Source: the human T2T-CHM13v2.0 reference genome, Homo sapiens
Length of the DNA: 64,000 nt
Assembly (NCBI RefSeq): GCF_009914755.1
Contig: NC_060947.1
Strand: one strand, 5' to 3'
The notes below the pieces were generated by a model, which did no database searches, had not been told where the DNA came from, and saw nothing but the letters and a program-made list of their open reading frames with translations. The first letter of the stretch is position 1. Each line of letters starts with the position of its first letter. The position numbers and the translations under genes were made by a program. Below are positions 29,347 to 41,672 of the stretch, one piece after another.

Positions 29347-30905
29347 GGTGACCACAGCCCTGAGTTCTGTAGAGTGCCCGGCAGAGGTGGCCCGTGAGGA
29401 GCACCCAGCGCTGTGTCACAATTTCTGAACTCCACCGTGGAGGTTCGAATGGGCCGGGCTCTGCATTCCAACAAAACTTGATTTTAGGGGGCAAATGGGC
29501 CTAGCAAATGGGTGTGTGAGATAAGCCGTTGCCACTCAGATTTTAATTCTCTGGCTGTATTTTCCTAAATGTCTCCATGATGGAGAGTCCAATTGTGACA
29601 CCAAAAACCTCATCAGAAATTTCCTGCGTCTTTGCCAGGAGCCTTAAGACATTGCTGTGCTAGCTTTACCAACATAAGTAGCTTTGCAAGCATACGATTC
29701 AGAAGACATACACACACACTTGCCCTGGGACTTACTTTCAAAGTTTTTCCAAATTTTAAAAAAATTACAAGTTAACATTTGTCCATAGAAGTGGCCAAAT
29801 ATAGCTATCCTCTCAAGTGCATTTTCCCAATCACCGTATTCTGTTTGCAGAGTGAAATATGAGGTGCCAAGGAAGATCAACATATAGGCCTATACCAAGA
29901 TGAAGTTTATGACCTTCTGAGCTGACTGTGCCTCTGCTTGTGAGTGCCTTAACATTCAATGTTTTCTATTAGCAGAAAGTTATTTTTGTGATAGTGTTGT
30001 TGAAATAGTATACATACACTGGTAAAGGTCTTCCATGCTGATAAAAAATGATCATGGCATCTCATGAAGGACAGACTAATCCAAGAGGATTATGTTCTGG
30101 TTTTGTCTGGATGGATGATCTTCTGTTCCACGGTTTTTGCCCATGACTTCCTTCTCATGCTTATTGATAACTGATTGCACACATCTGTACCAAGACAGAT
30201 TAAAATGGCTTCCAAAGCCCTTGAGGGTAACTGTCTTAGAGTAAACTCTCTGTGGGAAGAGTAACTTTATGAAACATTAAGAATATGAAATAGTGTTGGA
30301 GAAATGTCTTAGACTTATGATCAGAAGTATCTATGTATTCTGTATACTTATATTACTGAGATGTATGTGAGTGTATTTGCACACACTCATCCCTCCTGGT
30401 CCCAGGAGCCCAGTCATGAAGAGTCTCAAGAAGAGGAACCACCAACTGAAAGTCGGGATCCTACACCTGGTCAGGAAAGAGAAGAAGATCAGGGTGCAGC
30501 TGAGATTCAAGGTGCTGGGAAGGGAACGAAAGATGTCTGTGGGAAGGGGAGGAGGCCTATGTGTGCATCACACATTATACCATGACCAGTAACAGGAGGA
30601 AAGAAAATATTAGGAAAGGATGTCAAACATTTGCTGAAAGTTGGCTGGAAAAGTGAAGAGTATGGTTTGCAGTCTTGTGCAGTCTCTGGATATAATGAAT
30701 CTTCTCTTTTTCTTTGAGATCTACTTTGTATGCTTGCAAATACAGTCCTTGCTAAATTAGGACTTAGGTGACCACAGCCTTGAGGTCTGTAGAGTGCCTG
30801 GTAGAGGTGTCCAGTGAGGAGCACCCAGCGCTGTGTTGCAACTTCTCAACTCCACCCTGGAGGTTCGAATGGTAGGGGCTCTGCATTCCAACAAAACTTG
30901 ATTTT
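29347..30905 (+). repeat. 139-bp ungapped direct repeat pair (29347-29485 and 30767-30905)
   Basis: Manual alignment gives 14 mismatches in 139 bp (~90% identity). Confidence 0.9.
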
Positions 30906-31644
30906 TGAAACCATTTGATGTAAGAAAATGTACATTATTTCACTAGTGTAATTTGATCTTCTTAGAATGTTATATCATCTTCTCAACCGTGGTGTCCACA
31001 GTGTTGTATGCACCCTTTAATAGCACGTAGAGTGCCAAGTCACCCTACCTTGTAACACCCTGAGTAAAGCCCATTTGCATAGGAATGTTAGCCCCATTTT
31101 ATAAATAAGAAAACTGAGTCTCATGGGTTGAGGTTTACCAAAGAACACTTGAGTCATGGAGACAGAATTCATATTTCGTTTCAAGGTTTATGTTCTTCCT
31201 ATCATCTATGTTGTAAGAGAAAGTGACTGGTTTTGCTTAAGATGCGTAATACTCAAATATGGCTGTACTATAAGGTACTTCATTATTGGCTCAGGACAAA
31301 ACACAGTTCAGTGAAGCAGGATAGAAACTCCAGAAAAGAGCTCAATGAATGACAGCCACTGTTTCCTTTCATTGGTGTTTTTGACAGTATGTTTGGTAAA
31401 AGTTGGATAATTCAGGACACTGGCATATGGATAGCTATATTAGTATGATTTTGAGAGGCTTTTAAAAGTTGTTTAAACACTTTTATAATTAGAAAACTTA
31501 AAGTGCTGTAAGATTATCATGAAACAGAAATTGTTTCCTCAACGGGTAGCATTTTCAAGGTAAACACTGACAGAATTTGGGCCATGGATTATTTAGCAAT
31601 TCACTGTTAAGGGGTTTCCAGAATATGACTGTCCACAATCCTGG

Positions 31645-32168
31645 TTTATTTATTTATTTTAAATTATACTTTAAGTTCTGGGATGTATGTGCAGAATGTG
31701 CAGGTTTGTTACAGAGGTATACACATGCCATGGTGGTTTGCTGCACCCATCAACCCATAATCTACATTGGGTATTTCTCCTAACGTTCTCCCTCCCCTAG
31801 CCCCCCAAGCTCTGGACAGGCCCTGGTGTGTGATATTCCCCTCCCTGTGTCCATGTGTTCTCATTGTTCAACTCCTACTTATGAGTGAGAACATGCAGTG
31901 TTTGGTTTTCCTTTTCTGTGTTAGTTTGCTGAGAATGATGGTTTCCAGCTTCATCCATGTTCCTGCAAAGCACATGAACTCATCCCTTTTTATGGCTGCG
32001 TAGTATTCCATGGTGTATATGTGCCACATTTTCTTTATCCAGTCTGTCATTAATGGGCATTTGGGTTGGTTCTGAGTCTTTGCTATTGTGAATAGTGCTG
32101 CAGTAAACATATGTGTGCATGTGTCTTTATAGTAGAATGAATTATAATCCTTTGGGTATATACCCAGT
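31645..32168 (-). mobile_element. L1PA 3' fragment
   Basis: ttatactttaagttctggg... 3' UTR plus ORF2 C-terminal translation (ORF 31868-32110). Confidence 0.9.
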
Positions 32169-32566
32169 TATTTATTTGCACTCAACTTCCTGTACTCTCA
32201 CTGCAGGACAGTGATTTTGCTGTTGTTGTTGGTACTTCATTCTCAATGAGATTCATCTATGGAAAGTTACATGTAGGGCCTTTGGACCTAAGCATAACTT
32301 TAATTCATTTTACCAGAAAATGTTCAAGTTATTTCAACAAGGGATGGGTGTCACGACTGTATGACTTGTCATAGGCCAGCCAATACATTGATGTAAACTC
32401 TCAGAAAATTACATTTAAGTTATGATTAAAATGCTATTTATGTGGCAGACTTCAGATTTCTTAGATAGTTGACACTCGCTATTCATAATACACAATGGTA
32501 ACTAACTTACGGAAAATGTAGGTATAGTGTGATTTATCCTTAGATTGTCATTTAAAATAAGATTTC

Positions 32567-32850
32567 AGGCCAAGACCAGTGCCTCATGTATATAATCCCA
32601 AAACATTGGGAGGCCAAGGCCGGCAGATCCCTTGAGCCTGGGAGTTTGAGGCCAGCCTGGGCAACCTGGGGAAACTCCATCACTACTAAAAAATACAAAA
32701 ATTATCCTTGGTGGTGGCATTCACCTGTAGGCTCAGCTACTCGTCAGGCTGAGACAGGAGGATCCGTTGAGCCCAGAAGGTTGGGCCTGCAGTGGGCCGA
32801 GGTGGTACCACTGCACTGCAGCCTGGACAGAGTGAGACCCTGTCTCAAAA
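32567..32850 (+). mobile_element. AluJ-like
   Basis: Diverged Alu dimer. Confidence 0.85.
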
Positions 32851-33763
32851 AGCAATTAAATACATAAAATAAAATAAGACTTCATAATATGAGAAAACGA
32901 AATTGTAACATTTTTGCATCACATTTGTTATGACACTAGCCTACAGGCTTTTATTTCATAACGCTGAGGAAAAGAATATTATAATTTCCTTATTTATATT
33001 TTATGTTTGTCTGCTTCAGTCGATAATTTTTGCATTTTTAAGTGTCTGACCTGGAAGCTGATCTCCAGGAATTGTCTCAGTCAAAGACTGGGAATGAATG
33101 CAGAGATGATCCTGATGTCAAGGGGAAGATTCTGCCAAAACTAGAGCATTTTAAAATGCCAGACGCAGGTATGTTATCCATTAAGATGCAAAATTAGGTG
33201 CTTTCTGTTTTCCACAATATTATACTTTTGATAATAAAAGCAGAGAACATTAGTGCCCCTTTAAAAACAGAGCTCAAATACAGACTTTCTTTGAAAGGTA
33301 GTTCAGACCCTGAATGCCTGACTGCAAGACTTAAACACTATCAGATACAGAAACAAATTGGGTCAAAGCCATGTTGAATCATCAAATGTGAAAGCATTTT
33401 CTTCTGAGTATAACCAACAGCTCACAATTTTCGAATTAGTTTTTAATTTCTGCTTTTAACAAATACATTGTGCATTTGTAATACCAGTTTGTGTGAAATG
33501 TGCTGAGAACTGAAGAGGATTCTAGTACCAGCTCTACCATAATTTGTGAGATTCTGGATGAATCCTATAAATTCTACACCCATGTTTGCTCTTACTGAAA
33601 ATAGTGAATGCACATCAGATTAAATTCCATTTCAGTGCTGATTTCTACATGCTGTGGTTTTGTTGGATAGAATACAAAGATACTTGACTTTCATGATTTG
33701 TTTATCATAACAATCAGCTTCAGTCCAATTATAATATCTGAGTTGAGACTTCATTGCTCCTAA

Positions 33764-34154
<391 letters not shown>

Positions 34155-35379
34155 AATTCTGTGGCTCTTAATGAATAATGGCAGTTTAAATCCTTTCAGC
34201 CGTGAAGCCTTGAATATCTGAATAATAAAATGGCAGGAGACAGGTTTCTGTGGCCCATGAAGTAGGGAGAATGCATGTAGGCCAGTGAGCATGCTCCTTG
34301 CCCTACTGTTAGTCTTCATGAGCTACTGTGTGTAATTACATTGAAGACACATATGATAGAATCACCTCTAACTGTATCATAGATTACATATTATAAATTT
34401 CTGTCTTGAGATGTCAGTTAATAGGATCTAAAGTTTAAAGTCCGTAACTCACTAATTCCTGAGTATTCAGCATAGTTTACACATATTTTCCAAATTGCTG
34501 ACTGTTAATTAGAAGAGCTTCTGAATTTAAAGGAAACACTCCATGTTTAGGGAAGAAATTACCTAGATGTTTTTACTCTACACTGCTAAACCATTTCATT
34601 AGACTATTTGCATTAAAAGATAGTTTTCAGACTATTTCCAGGAGCCTATTGAACAAGCCTCAATTGCATTCTTAGGAAGATCATAGCCTTAAATGCACAT
34701 CTTATTAAAGCGGATAGCAAATTACATGATACAAGAAAATCATAATAAAAAACAAAAATAATAATAAAAGAGCAACAGAATAAACCTAACAGAAGAGGAA
34801 AGAGGTCGTGAATAAAAGACAGGTACAAATCATTAGTAAAATGCAAACTAATCCAAAAGTAATAAATTTAAAAGCTTGTTCTTTTGAAAAATAGCTATGA
34901 ATAAAGTATCCAGTAGTATATAGTAGTTTACACTATCTAGAAGAAAATGGAAAAAGATGGACATGGAATATGTACAAGACACAGGTTTTGAATATAGGGC
35001 GTAATAGAAAATGAATACATTCTTGAACTCTAATATTTTCAAAGTATGGATGAAATTATTGATATGATAAGAACACACTCATTATTTAACATATTCCTGT
35101 AATACCTGAATATCTAAACATCACAAAGACTGTAGAACTTGTGACATTTGCCAGTTGTCCCTCAAACACACTTACTTTTAGAAACAAATATTTGTCTTCT
35201 TCACGTGTCTTACTCTTCTTTTCCATTTCCCTCTATCTCTGTTTCCTTTTTTGCCACACTGTTCATGATATATACTTATTTGATGTTTTGATGTCAAAAA
35301 TAGTGATAGCTTAACACTAATGTGGCTATATAATTAATTATGTAATCAGAAATACTTTCCTAGTGAAAAAAGAGTCATT

Positions 35380-35879
35380 GTGGTAATAAAGTTAATGGCC
35401 CCTAAGATAGAAGAAACACCTGCCAAGTGGAGCAAGAAGATGGTCAGATCCACAGAGGCTTCTTCATGTGCTAGATTTCCTGCTAAAGGGGGATAAACTG
35501 TTCAGCTGGTTCCAGTGCCAGCTTCTACTATTGAGGATGCAAGTGGAAGCAGAAAAGATGGGGGAAGAAGTCAGAAACTCATATTATTTATTCGGGGGAA
35601 TGCCATGTTGGGTGCACCAATTATCAGAGGGACTAATCAGTTGCTGAATCCCCCAATTATGACTGGTATTACCAGAAAGAAGATCATAATGAATGTGTGG
35701 GCGGTAACAGTAACATTGTAGATCTGATCATCCCCTAGCAGAGTTCCTGGTTGGCCTAATTCTGCTTGAATTAGAAGGCTTAAGGCGGTGCCTAGTATCC
35801 CTGCCCATGTGCTGAATAGCAGGTATAGCGTTCCTATGTCTTTGTGGTTAGTTGAAAACAATCAACAATTAATGAACAT
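35380..35879 (-). pseudogene. MT-CO1 pseudogene (5' ~500 bp)
   Basis: ATG at 35879; [15 protein letters not shown]...[18 protein letters not shown]. Confidence 0.95.
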
Positions 35880-35894
35880 AAGTGGGGAAAAAAA

Positions 35895-36269
35895 GGTAAA
35901 ATGGCTGGGTAAGCATTAGACTGTAAATCTAAAGACAGAGGCCAAGGCCGCTTTTTAGCAGCCCTGAGGGGATTTCTCATGTTGAATTGCAAATTCAAAG
36001 GAGAAGCTTCAGTCCTGCTGGGGCTTCCCCCACCTTTTCCCCCAACGGTGGAGAAGTAGATTGAAGCCAGTTGATTAGGGTGTTTAGCTGTTAACGAAAT
36101 TTTCGTGGGTTTGAATTCCACCAATCTAGCAAGGGCTTAGCTTAATTAAGGTGGTTGATTTGCATTCAATTGATGCAGAATAGAGTCTTGCAGTCCTCAG
36201 GTCTGTTACAGAAATTAAGTGTAATCTTCATGCTTTGAAGGCTCTTGGTCTTATTTAACCTAAATTTTT
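35895..36269. pseudogene. NUMT WANCY cluster: tRNA-Tyr ~35895-35960(+), Cys ~35960-36026(+), OL ~36024-36056, Asn 36057-36129(+), Ala 36131-36199(+), Trp ~36209-36269(-)
   Basis: Anticodon arms ctgtaaa, ttgcaaa, ctgttaa and ttgcatt are recognisable. OL hairpin is degenerate. Confidence 0.9.
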
Positions 36270-37305
36270 AAGTTATAGTTAGTATTAATGGAGAGATAGG
36301 TAAGAGGAGGGTAGAAGAGATAAGTGGGGGGAAGAATGGTATGGGTTTTGTGTTTTTGAATTGTCATTTTATTTTCATATTATTAGACGTGGGGAATAAT
36401 GTCACTGAGGTGGAATAAATTAGGCGTATGTAAAAGTACAGGTTGAGTAGGGTTATGATAGCTATAATGTTTCAGCAATAAGGCTCTTGTTTTTTGTAAA
36501 TTCTTGGATGATGATTCATTTAGGCAGGAACCCTGTTAATGGAGGTAAACCTCCTAGAGATAGTAGAATTAGTGGAATTATAGGTGTCAACCATGTTAAT
36601 TTGTTTCAGGTGTGTAATAGTGACAGTGTTGTGGTGCTTATACTCAGGTTGAGTGTTAAAAATATGGTTATTGTTAAGATAAAATAAATAGGTTTAGAAT
36701 GGTAATGTTTGGGCTATAGAGTAGTGCTGCTATTATTCAGCCTATGTGAGTGATTGAGGAGTAGGCTAAGATTTTACACAATTGTGCTTGGTTAAGCCCT
36801 CCTCAGCTGCCTACTATAATGGATAGAATTGTGATAGACAGGAGGATGTTCATGTTTGTTGATGGGAAAATTTAAAACATAATCGATGTTTCTTCACAAT
36901 ATCATGTGAGGAGAAGTATACCAGGTATTAGAGAGGTTCCTTGGGTTACCTCTGGGACTCAGAATTGAAAGGGGGCTATTCCTAGTTTTATTACTAGGGT
37001 CACTATTATTAATGATGAAAATTGATTAATAGTGTTTATTATTGTTCATTGTCCAGAGGACAGGTTGTTGAAAAGGATACCTATTATGAGAATTACAGAT
37101 GTGGTTGCTTGCGTAAGGAAATATTTGGTTGCTGCTTTTGTACAGCTGTAGAGTGGGGACTTATATTTTTAATTAGGATTGGGATAAGGGCTAGTATGTT
37201 TATTTCTAGGCCTGTTGAGATGAGAAATCAGTGTGATCCTAGCATTGTGATAAGAGTTCCTGTAAAAATAATAAGGGAAATAGCAAGTTGAGCTAAGGGT
37301 TTAAT
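36270..37305 (-). pseudogene. MT-ND2 pseudogene
   Basis: Starts ATTAAACCCTTAGCTCAA directly after tRNA-Met; degenerate relative to MT-ND2. Confidence 0.93.
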
Positions 37306-37512
37306 TAGTATGGGAAGGGTGTAACCAACATTTTCGGAGTATGGGCCCGATAGCTTATTTAGCTGACCTTACTCTAGGACATGGTGTGATAGGTAGCATG
37401 GAGAATTTTGGATTCTCAGGGGTAGGTTCAATTCCTACAGTTCTAGAAATAAGAGGATTTTAACCTCTGTTGTTTACTCTATCAAAGTAGTTCTTTTGTC
37501 AGACATATTTCC
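37306..37512. pseudogene. NUMT tRNA-Met 37306-37373(-), tRNA-Gln 37375-37446(+), tRNA-Ile 37444-37512(-)
   Basis: AGTAAGGTCAGCTAAATAAGCTATCGGGCCCATAC (Met) and the IQM order. Confidence 0.92.
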
Positions 37513-38461
37513 TATGTTTGGGGTGGGATGCTAGAAATTAGGACAGGCATTGAGATATGTCATATACAGCATGCTAGTGTAAGTTGTAGGAAATTTTTTC
37601 ATAGAAGATATATGAGCTGGTTGTAGCAGAATCAAGGGTATGCTCTTAGAATTCATAAGAATAGGGTGGTTAAAAGAAGGGTCTTGGTAATGAAATTTAT
37701 GGTATAGAGTTCTGGTGAATATATGGTATGTAGTGCTCCTAGGAAGATAGTGGTAGTTAGGGCATTTATTATGATAATATTCATGTACTCTGCTATAAAG
37801 AAGAGGACAAATGAGCTTGTGGCATATTTGATGTTGAAGCCTGAGACAATTCTGACTCTCCTTCTGTTAGATCAAAATGGGCTCGGTTAGTTTCTGCTGG
37901 TGTGGGGATAATCACATTATGGCTAGGGGTAATGATGGTAGGAGCAGTCAGAGGAGTTCTTGCATTGTGATGAATGCATATAAGTTAAATGAACCACTTA
38001 TCAGTAAAACTGATAACAGGATAATGGCTAGGGTGACCTCATTTGAAATTGTCTGGGCCACAGCTCGTGATGCGCCAATTAGTGCATATTTTGAATTAGA
38101 TGCTCATCCTGATCATAGAATAAATGGCTAGGATTGATATGGCTAGTATAAATAGGAGGCCTATGTTAAAATTAATTAGAGGATTTGGTATAGGGAGGGG
38201 AGTTCATAAGAGGAGATCGATAGGAAGGGCTAGGATTGGAGCAATAATATAAAGGGTAATAGTAGATGTTGAGGGCTGTAAGGGTTCTTTGGTGAAAAGT
38301 TTTATTGCGTTAGCGAATGGTTGAAGCAGCCCGTAGGGACCTACAATGTTAGGTCCTTTGCGTAGTTGTATGTAGCCTAAGATTTTTCATTCGATGAGTG
38401 TAAGGAATGCTATAGCGATGAAAGTAGGGATAATAAGTAGGAGAAGGTTAATTATAGGTAT
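37513..38461 (-). pseudogene. MT-ND1 pseudogene
   Basis: ATA start at 38461; CAACTACGCAAAGGACCTAACATTGTAGGTCCCTACGGG motif ([13 protein letters not shown]). Confidence 0.93.
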
Positions 38462-38463
38462 AT

Positions 38464-38538
38464 TGTTAATGAGAGGAGTTGAACCTCTGATTATAAAGTT
38501 TTAAGTCTTATGCAATTGCCGGGCTCTGCCATCTTAAC
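38464..38538 (-). pseudogene. NUMT tRNA-Leu(UUR) with intact MTERF1 tridecamer TGGCAGAGCCCGG (38519-38531)
   Basis: GTTAAGATGGCAGAGCCCGGCAATTGCATAAG on the minus strand. Confidence 0.92.
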
Positions 38539-40076
38539 AAACCCTGTTCTTGGGTAGGGTATGTGATGATTTGTTAGATTGAGATAGCATCATCTGTGGA
38601 GCGAGGGCACTTTATGAAGTGGGCCCTATTTCTCTTGTCCTTTCATACTAGGGGAAATGTTAAATAGATAGAAACCGACCTGGATTACTCTGGTCTGAAC
38701 TCACATCACGTAGGACTTTAATTGTTGAACAAACGAACCCCTAATAGCGGTGACACCATTAGGATGTCCTGATCCAACATCGAGATTGTAAACCCTATTG
38801 TTGATATGGACTCTAGAATAGGATTGCGCTGTTATCCCTAGGGTAACTTACTCCGTTGATCAAATTATCGGGTCAATATATATTAACTTGCTTAGGCTAG
38901 TGCAGTCTTAGTTTAGGTTGCTCGGAGGTTGAATTATGCTCTGAGGTCACCCCAACCAAAAATTTTAATGCAGGGATAGTAGGCTAGGGCCTGTAGGCTT
39001 AAGTTTTTATTTGCATTAATAAATTAAAGCTCCATACATAGGGTCTTCTCGTCTTATTTGTTTATATCCGCCTCTTCGCGGATAGGTCAATTTCCCTGAT
39101 TAAAAGTAGGAGACAGCTGAACCCTCGTGTGGTCATTCATACAAGTTCCTATTTAAGGAACAAGTGATTATGCTACCTTTGCACAGTCAGGATACTGCGG
39201 CCATTGAACGTATGTCACTGGGCAGGCAGTGCCTCTAATACTGGTAATGCTAGAGGTGATGTTTTTGGTAAACAGGCGGGGTAAAATTTGCGGAGTTCCT
39301 TTTACTTTTTGTATTCTTTCCTTAGAGCATACCTGTGTTGGGTTAACAGTGTAAATAATAAAGAGCTTATTATATCGTTTATTAATATTAGGCTAACTGT
39401 CAGTGGGTTATTCCAGTCTGATGTAAGCTTATGCAATGGAGAATGTTTTCATATTACTTATATTAACATTATTGCTTCTATTAAGTAATAGATTAGTCCA
39501 ATGTGATGTTAGGAGTTCAGTAGAGTGACTAGAATTTAAGATAGATGTTGAGCTTAAACGCTTTCTTAATTGGTGATTGCTTTTGGGCCAACTATGGTGG
39601 AAATATTTTTTACTCTCTGTAGGAAGGTTGTTTCCTAGGGTCTAAAGAGCTGTCTAAACTTATGGGGAGATTAAGTAATTCTGTGGGTAAGTTTAAAGTT
39701 GAATTAAGATCCCATCTTGGACAACCAGCTATCACCAGGCTCGGTAGGCTTGTCACTGCTACTTATGAATCTTCTCACTATTTTGCCACATAGGTAAGTG
39801 TGCTCTTTCAGCTGTTCTTCGGTAGCTCGTCTGGTTTTGGGGAACTTGGCTATAATTCTCTGTGTAAAGTTATTTCTAGTTAATACATTATGCAGAAGAT
39901 ATAAGGGTTTGTCTTTGCTTTTTGATGCTTGATACAGTTCTTTCATCTTTCCCTGACGGTTCTATGTCTATTGCGCCGGGGTAAAAATTTCTATTGCCTA
40001 TACTTTTGTCTAGGGTAAATGGTTTGATTAAGATAATTTAATAATATTTTTAGTGAGGTTTGGAGCTAGAGTTGGC
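38539..40076 (-). pseudogene. MT-RNR2 (16S) nuclear copy
   Basis: Conserved 16S motifs (CGCCTGTTTACCAAAAACAT, ACGTGATGTGAGTTCAGACC) between tRNA-Val and tRNA-Leu. Confidence 0.95.
39062..39136 (-). CDS. MTRNR2L10: Humanin-like 10 micro-ORF MTTRGFSCLLLLIREIDLSAKRRI*
   Basis: ATG at 39136 to TAA at 39062, 24 aa, at the humanin position of 16S. Matches recalled HN10. Actual translation is not shown by the sequence. Confidence 0.8.
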   Translation of the reverse strand: MTTRGFSCLLLLIREIDLSAKRRI

Positions 40077-40145
40077 TCAAAGTGATCAGGTCGTGATGAA
40101 ATCTTCCGGGTGTAAGCCAGATGCTTTGGGTTAAGCTACACTTTG
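40077..40145 (-). pseudogene. NUMT tRNA-Val
   Basis: CAAAGTGTAGCTTAACCCAAAGCATCTGGCTTACACC. Confidence 0.9.
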
Positions 40146-41097
40146 GTTTGTCCAAGCACACTTTCCAGTACGCTTACCTTGTTATGACTTATCTCCTCTA
40201 TATGTGTGTAGAAAATTTTTAGTAGTAGTGATTTCTGGAGTAATACTTGAGGGTGACGGGTGATGTGTGTGTGTTTCATGGCCTTATTCAACCAAGCACT
40301 CTGCTCTTGGTTTACAGCTAAATCCTCCTTGAGCCTTGGATTTCATAAAGGTTGTCGTGAGAGTTTCTGAACATAGAAAATGTAGCCCATTTCTTGCCAC
40401 CTCATGGGCTAAACCTTGACCTAACGTTTTTATGTGTGTACTTGTGCTTACTTTATAACCTTTTTAGGGTTTGCTGAAGATGGCAGTATATAGGCTGGGG
40501 GGAAGAGGTGGTGAGATGTGTCGGGGTTCATTGATTATAGAACAGGCTCCTCTAGAGGGATATAAAGCAACGCCAAGTCCTTTGAGTTTTAAGCTGTTGC
40601 TTGTACTACTCTGGCGAATGGTTTTGTTAATGTAACTATCAGGGTTTAGGGCTAAGCATAGTGGGGTATCTAATCCCAGTTTGGGTCTTAGCTATTGTGT
40701 CTTCAGGGTATTAAAGCCACTTTCATAGTATATTTTATTTCAGCTGAAGTTTTTTACAACTTCGTTGGAGTTTAGCTTTATTGAGGGCAGACCTTAAACA
40801 CTCTTTATACCGAGCTCTATTAGCTCGGGTTAATCCTATGGCCGCGGTGGCTGGCATGAAATTGACCAACCCTAAATATTAGTATAGTTTAGTTAAACTT
40901 TCGTTTATTACTAAAGATTTATTACTGCTGTTTCCTGTGGGGGTGTGGTTGAGCAAGGTGTTTTGAGCTGCACTCGTGCGTGCTTGATACCTGCTCCTTT
41001 TGATCCGGGTGATCTAGAGGGCATTTTCACTGGGGCAAGGATGCTTACATGCGTAATCTTACTAAGAGCTAATAAAAAGGCCAGGACCAAGCCTATC
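40146..41097 (-). pseudogene. MT-RNR1 (12S) nuclear copy
   Basis: GCCAGCCACCGCGG and AAACTGGGATTAGATACCCCACTATGC motifs. Confidence 0.95.
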
Positions 41098-41168
41098 TGT
41101 TTATGGTGTCGTGTGGACCCATCTAGGTATTTTCAGTGTCTTGCTTTGAATAGTTAAGCTACATTAAC
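41098..41168 (-). pseudogene. NUMT tRNA-Phe
   Basis: GTTAATGTAGCTTAA...CACTGAAAATACCTAGATG. Confidence 0.9.
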
Positions 41169-41672
41169 TATATAAATACTTAAATGTAAAATTAAAATAT
41201 GAAAAAGAAATAAGTACGAATGGTTGTTTACAGTTCTGGAAATTCAGGGTCTTTAAAATTGAATTGGCAGAGGTTTGGCCGAGAGGGTTAGTTATAATTA
41301 GAGTATAATTGATTTAGGACATAATATATGGGGCAGTGTTTTCAGAGGGATATGCTCAAAGTATCATGTTAGTATTAGGGCAGAAGTATAGTTATTGCAT
41401 TTATTGTATGAAATGGAGGATAAATTTGGTGGGAGGGTCTTAGATTTTTTAGAAAAAGTACATCAATTGAGGGGTAGCTGTTGGGGTGTTCGTCGTTAAA
41501 ACACGATTTCTCGGCTCCGACTGGGTTGCATTTTAGTCTCTTGTTTTTGGGGTTTGGCAAGGGTACATTTACCTAGGTTGATGGTAAAGTCAGAGATGGG
41601 GGGAGGAGGGATTTGCAGATTCAATCGGAGATAGTTCTTGAAATCATACATGCATGAGTGTACGATTTTTCC
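41169..41672 (-). other. NUMT control-region segment with CSB3 (41541-41559) and CSB2 (41598-41614)
   Basis: TGCCAAACCCCAAAAACAA and AAATCCCTCCTCCCCCC on the minus strand. Confidence 0.85.

Larger units (their letters stand above)
35380..41672 (-). other. NUMT, ~6.3 kb colinear mtDNA insertion (control region CSB2 through 5' COX1)
   Basis: Vertebrate mt gene order CR-F-12S-V-16S-L-ND1-I-Q-M-ND2-W-A-N-OL-C-Y-COX1, read right to left. Many substitutions and indels relative to modern human mtDNA. Confidence 0.98.

Noticed and set aside
35515-35721. Antisense ORF in the COX1 copy (possible gau-like peptide)
   Set aside because: Antisense frames of COX1 are stop-poor by codon bias, this one starts at GTG, and it does not match the gau region as I recall it.
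39590-39985. SHLP2- and SHLP3-like ORFs
   Set aside because: Both are frameshifted or prematurely terminated, with a deletion near 39650.
35895-41168. Functional tRNA/rRNA genes or mitochondrial contamination
   Set aside because: The sequence is diverged and indel-bearing, embedded in nuclear intron sequence with a TSD, so it is a NUMT.
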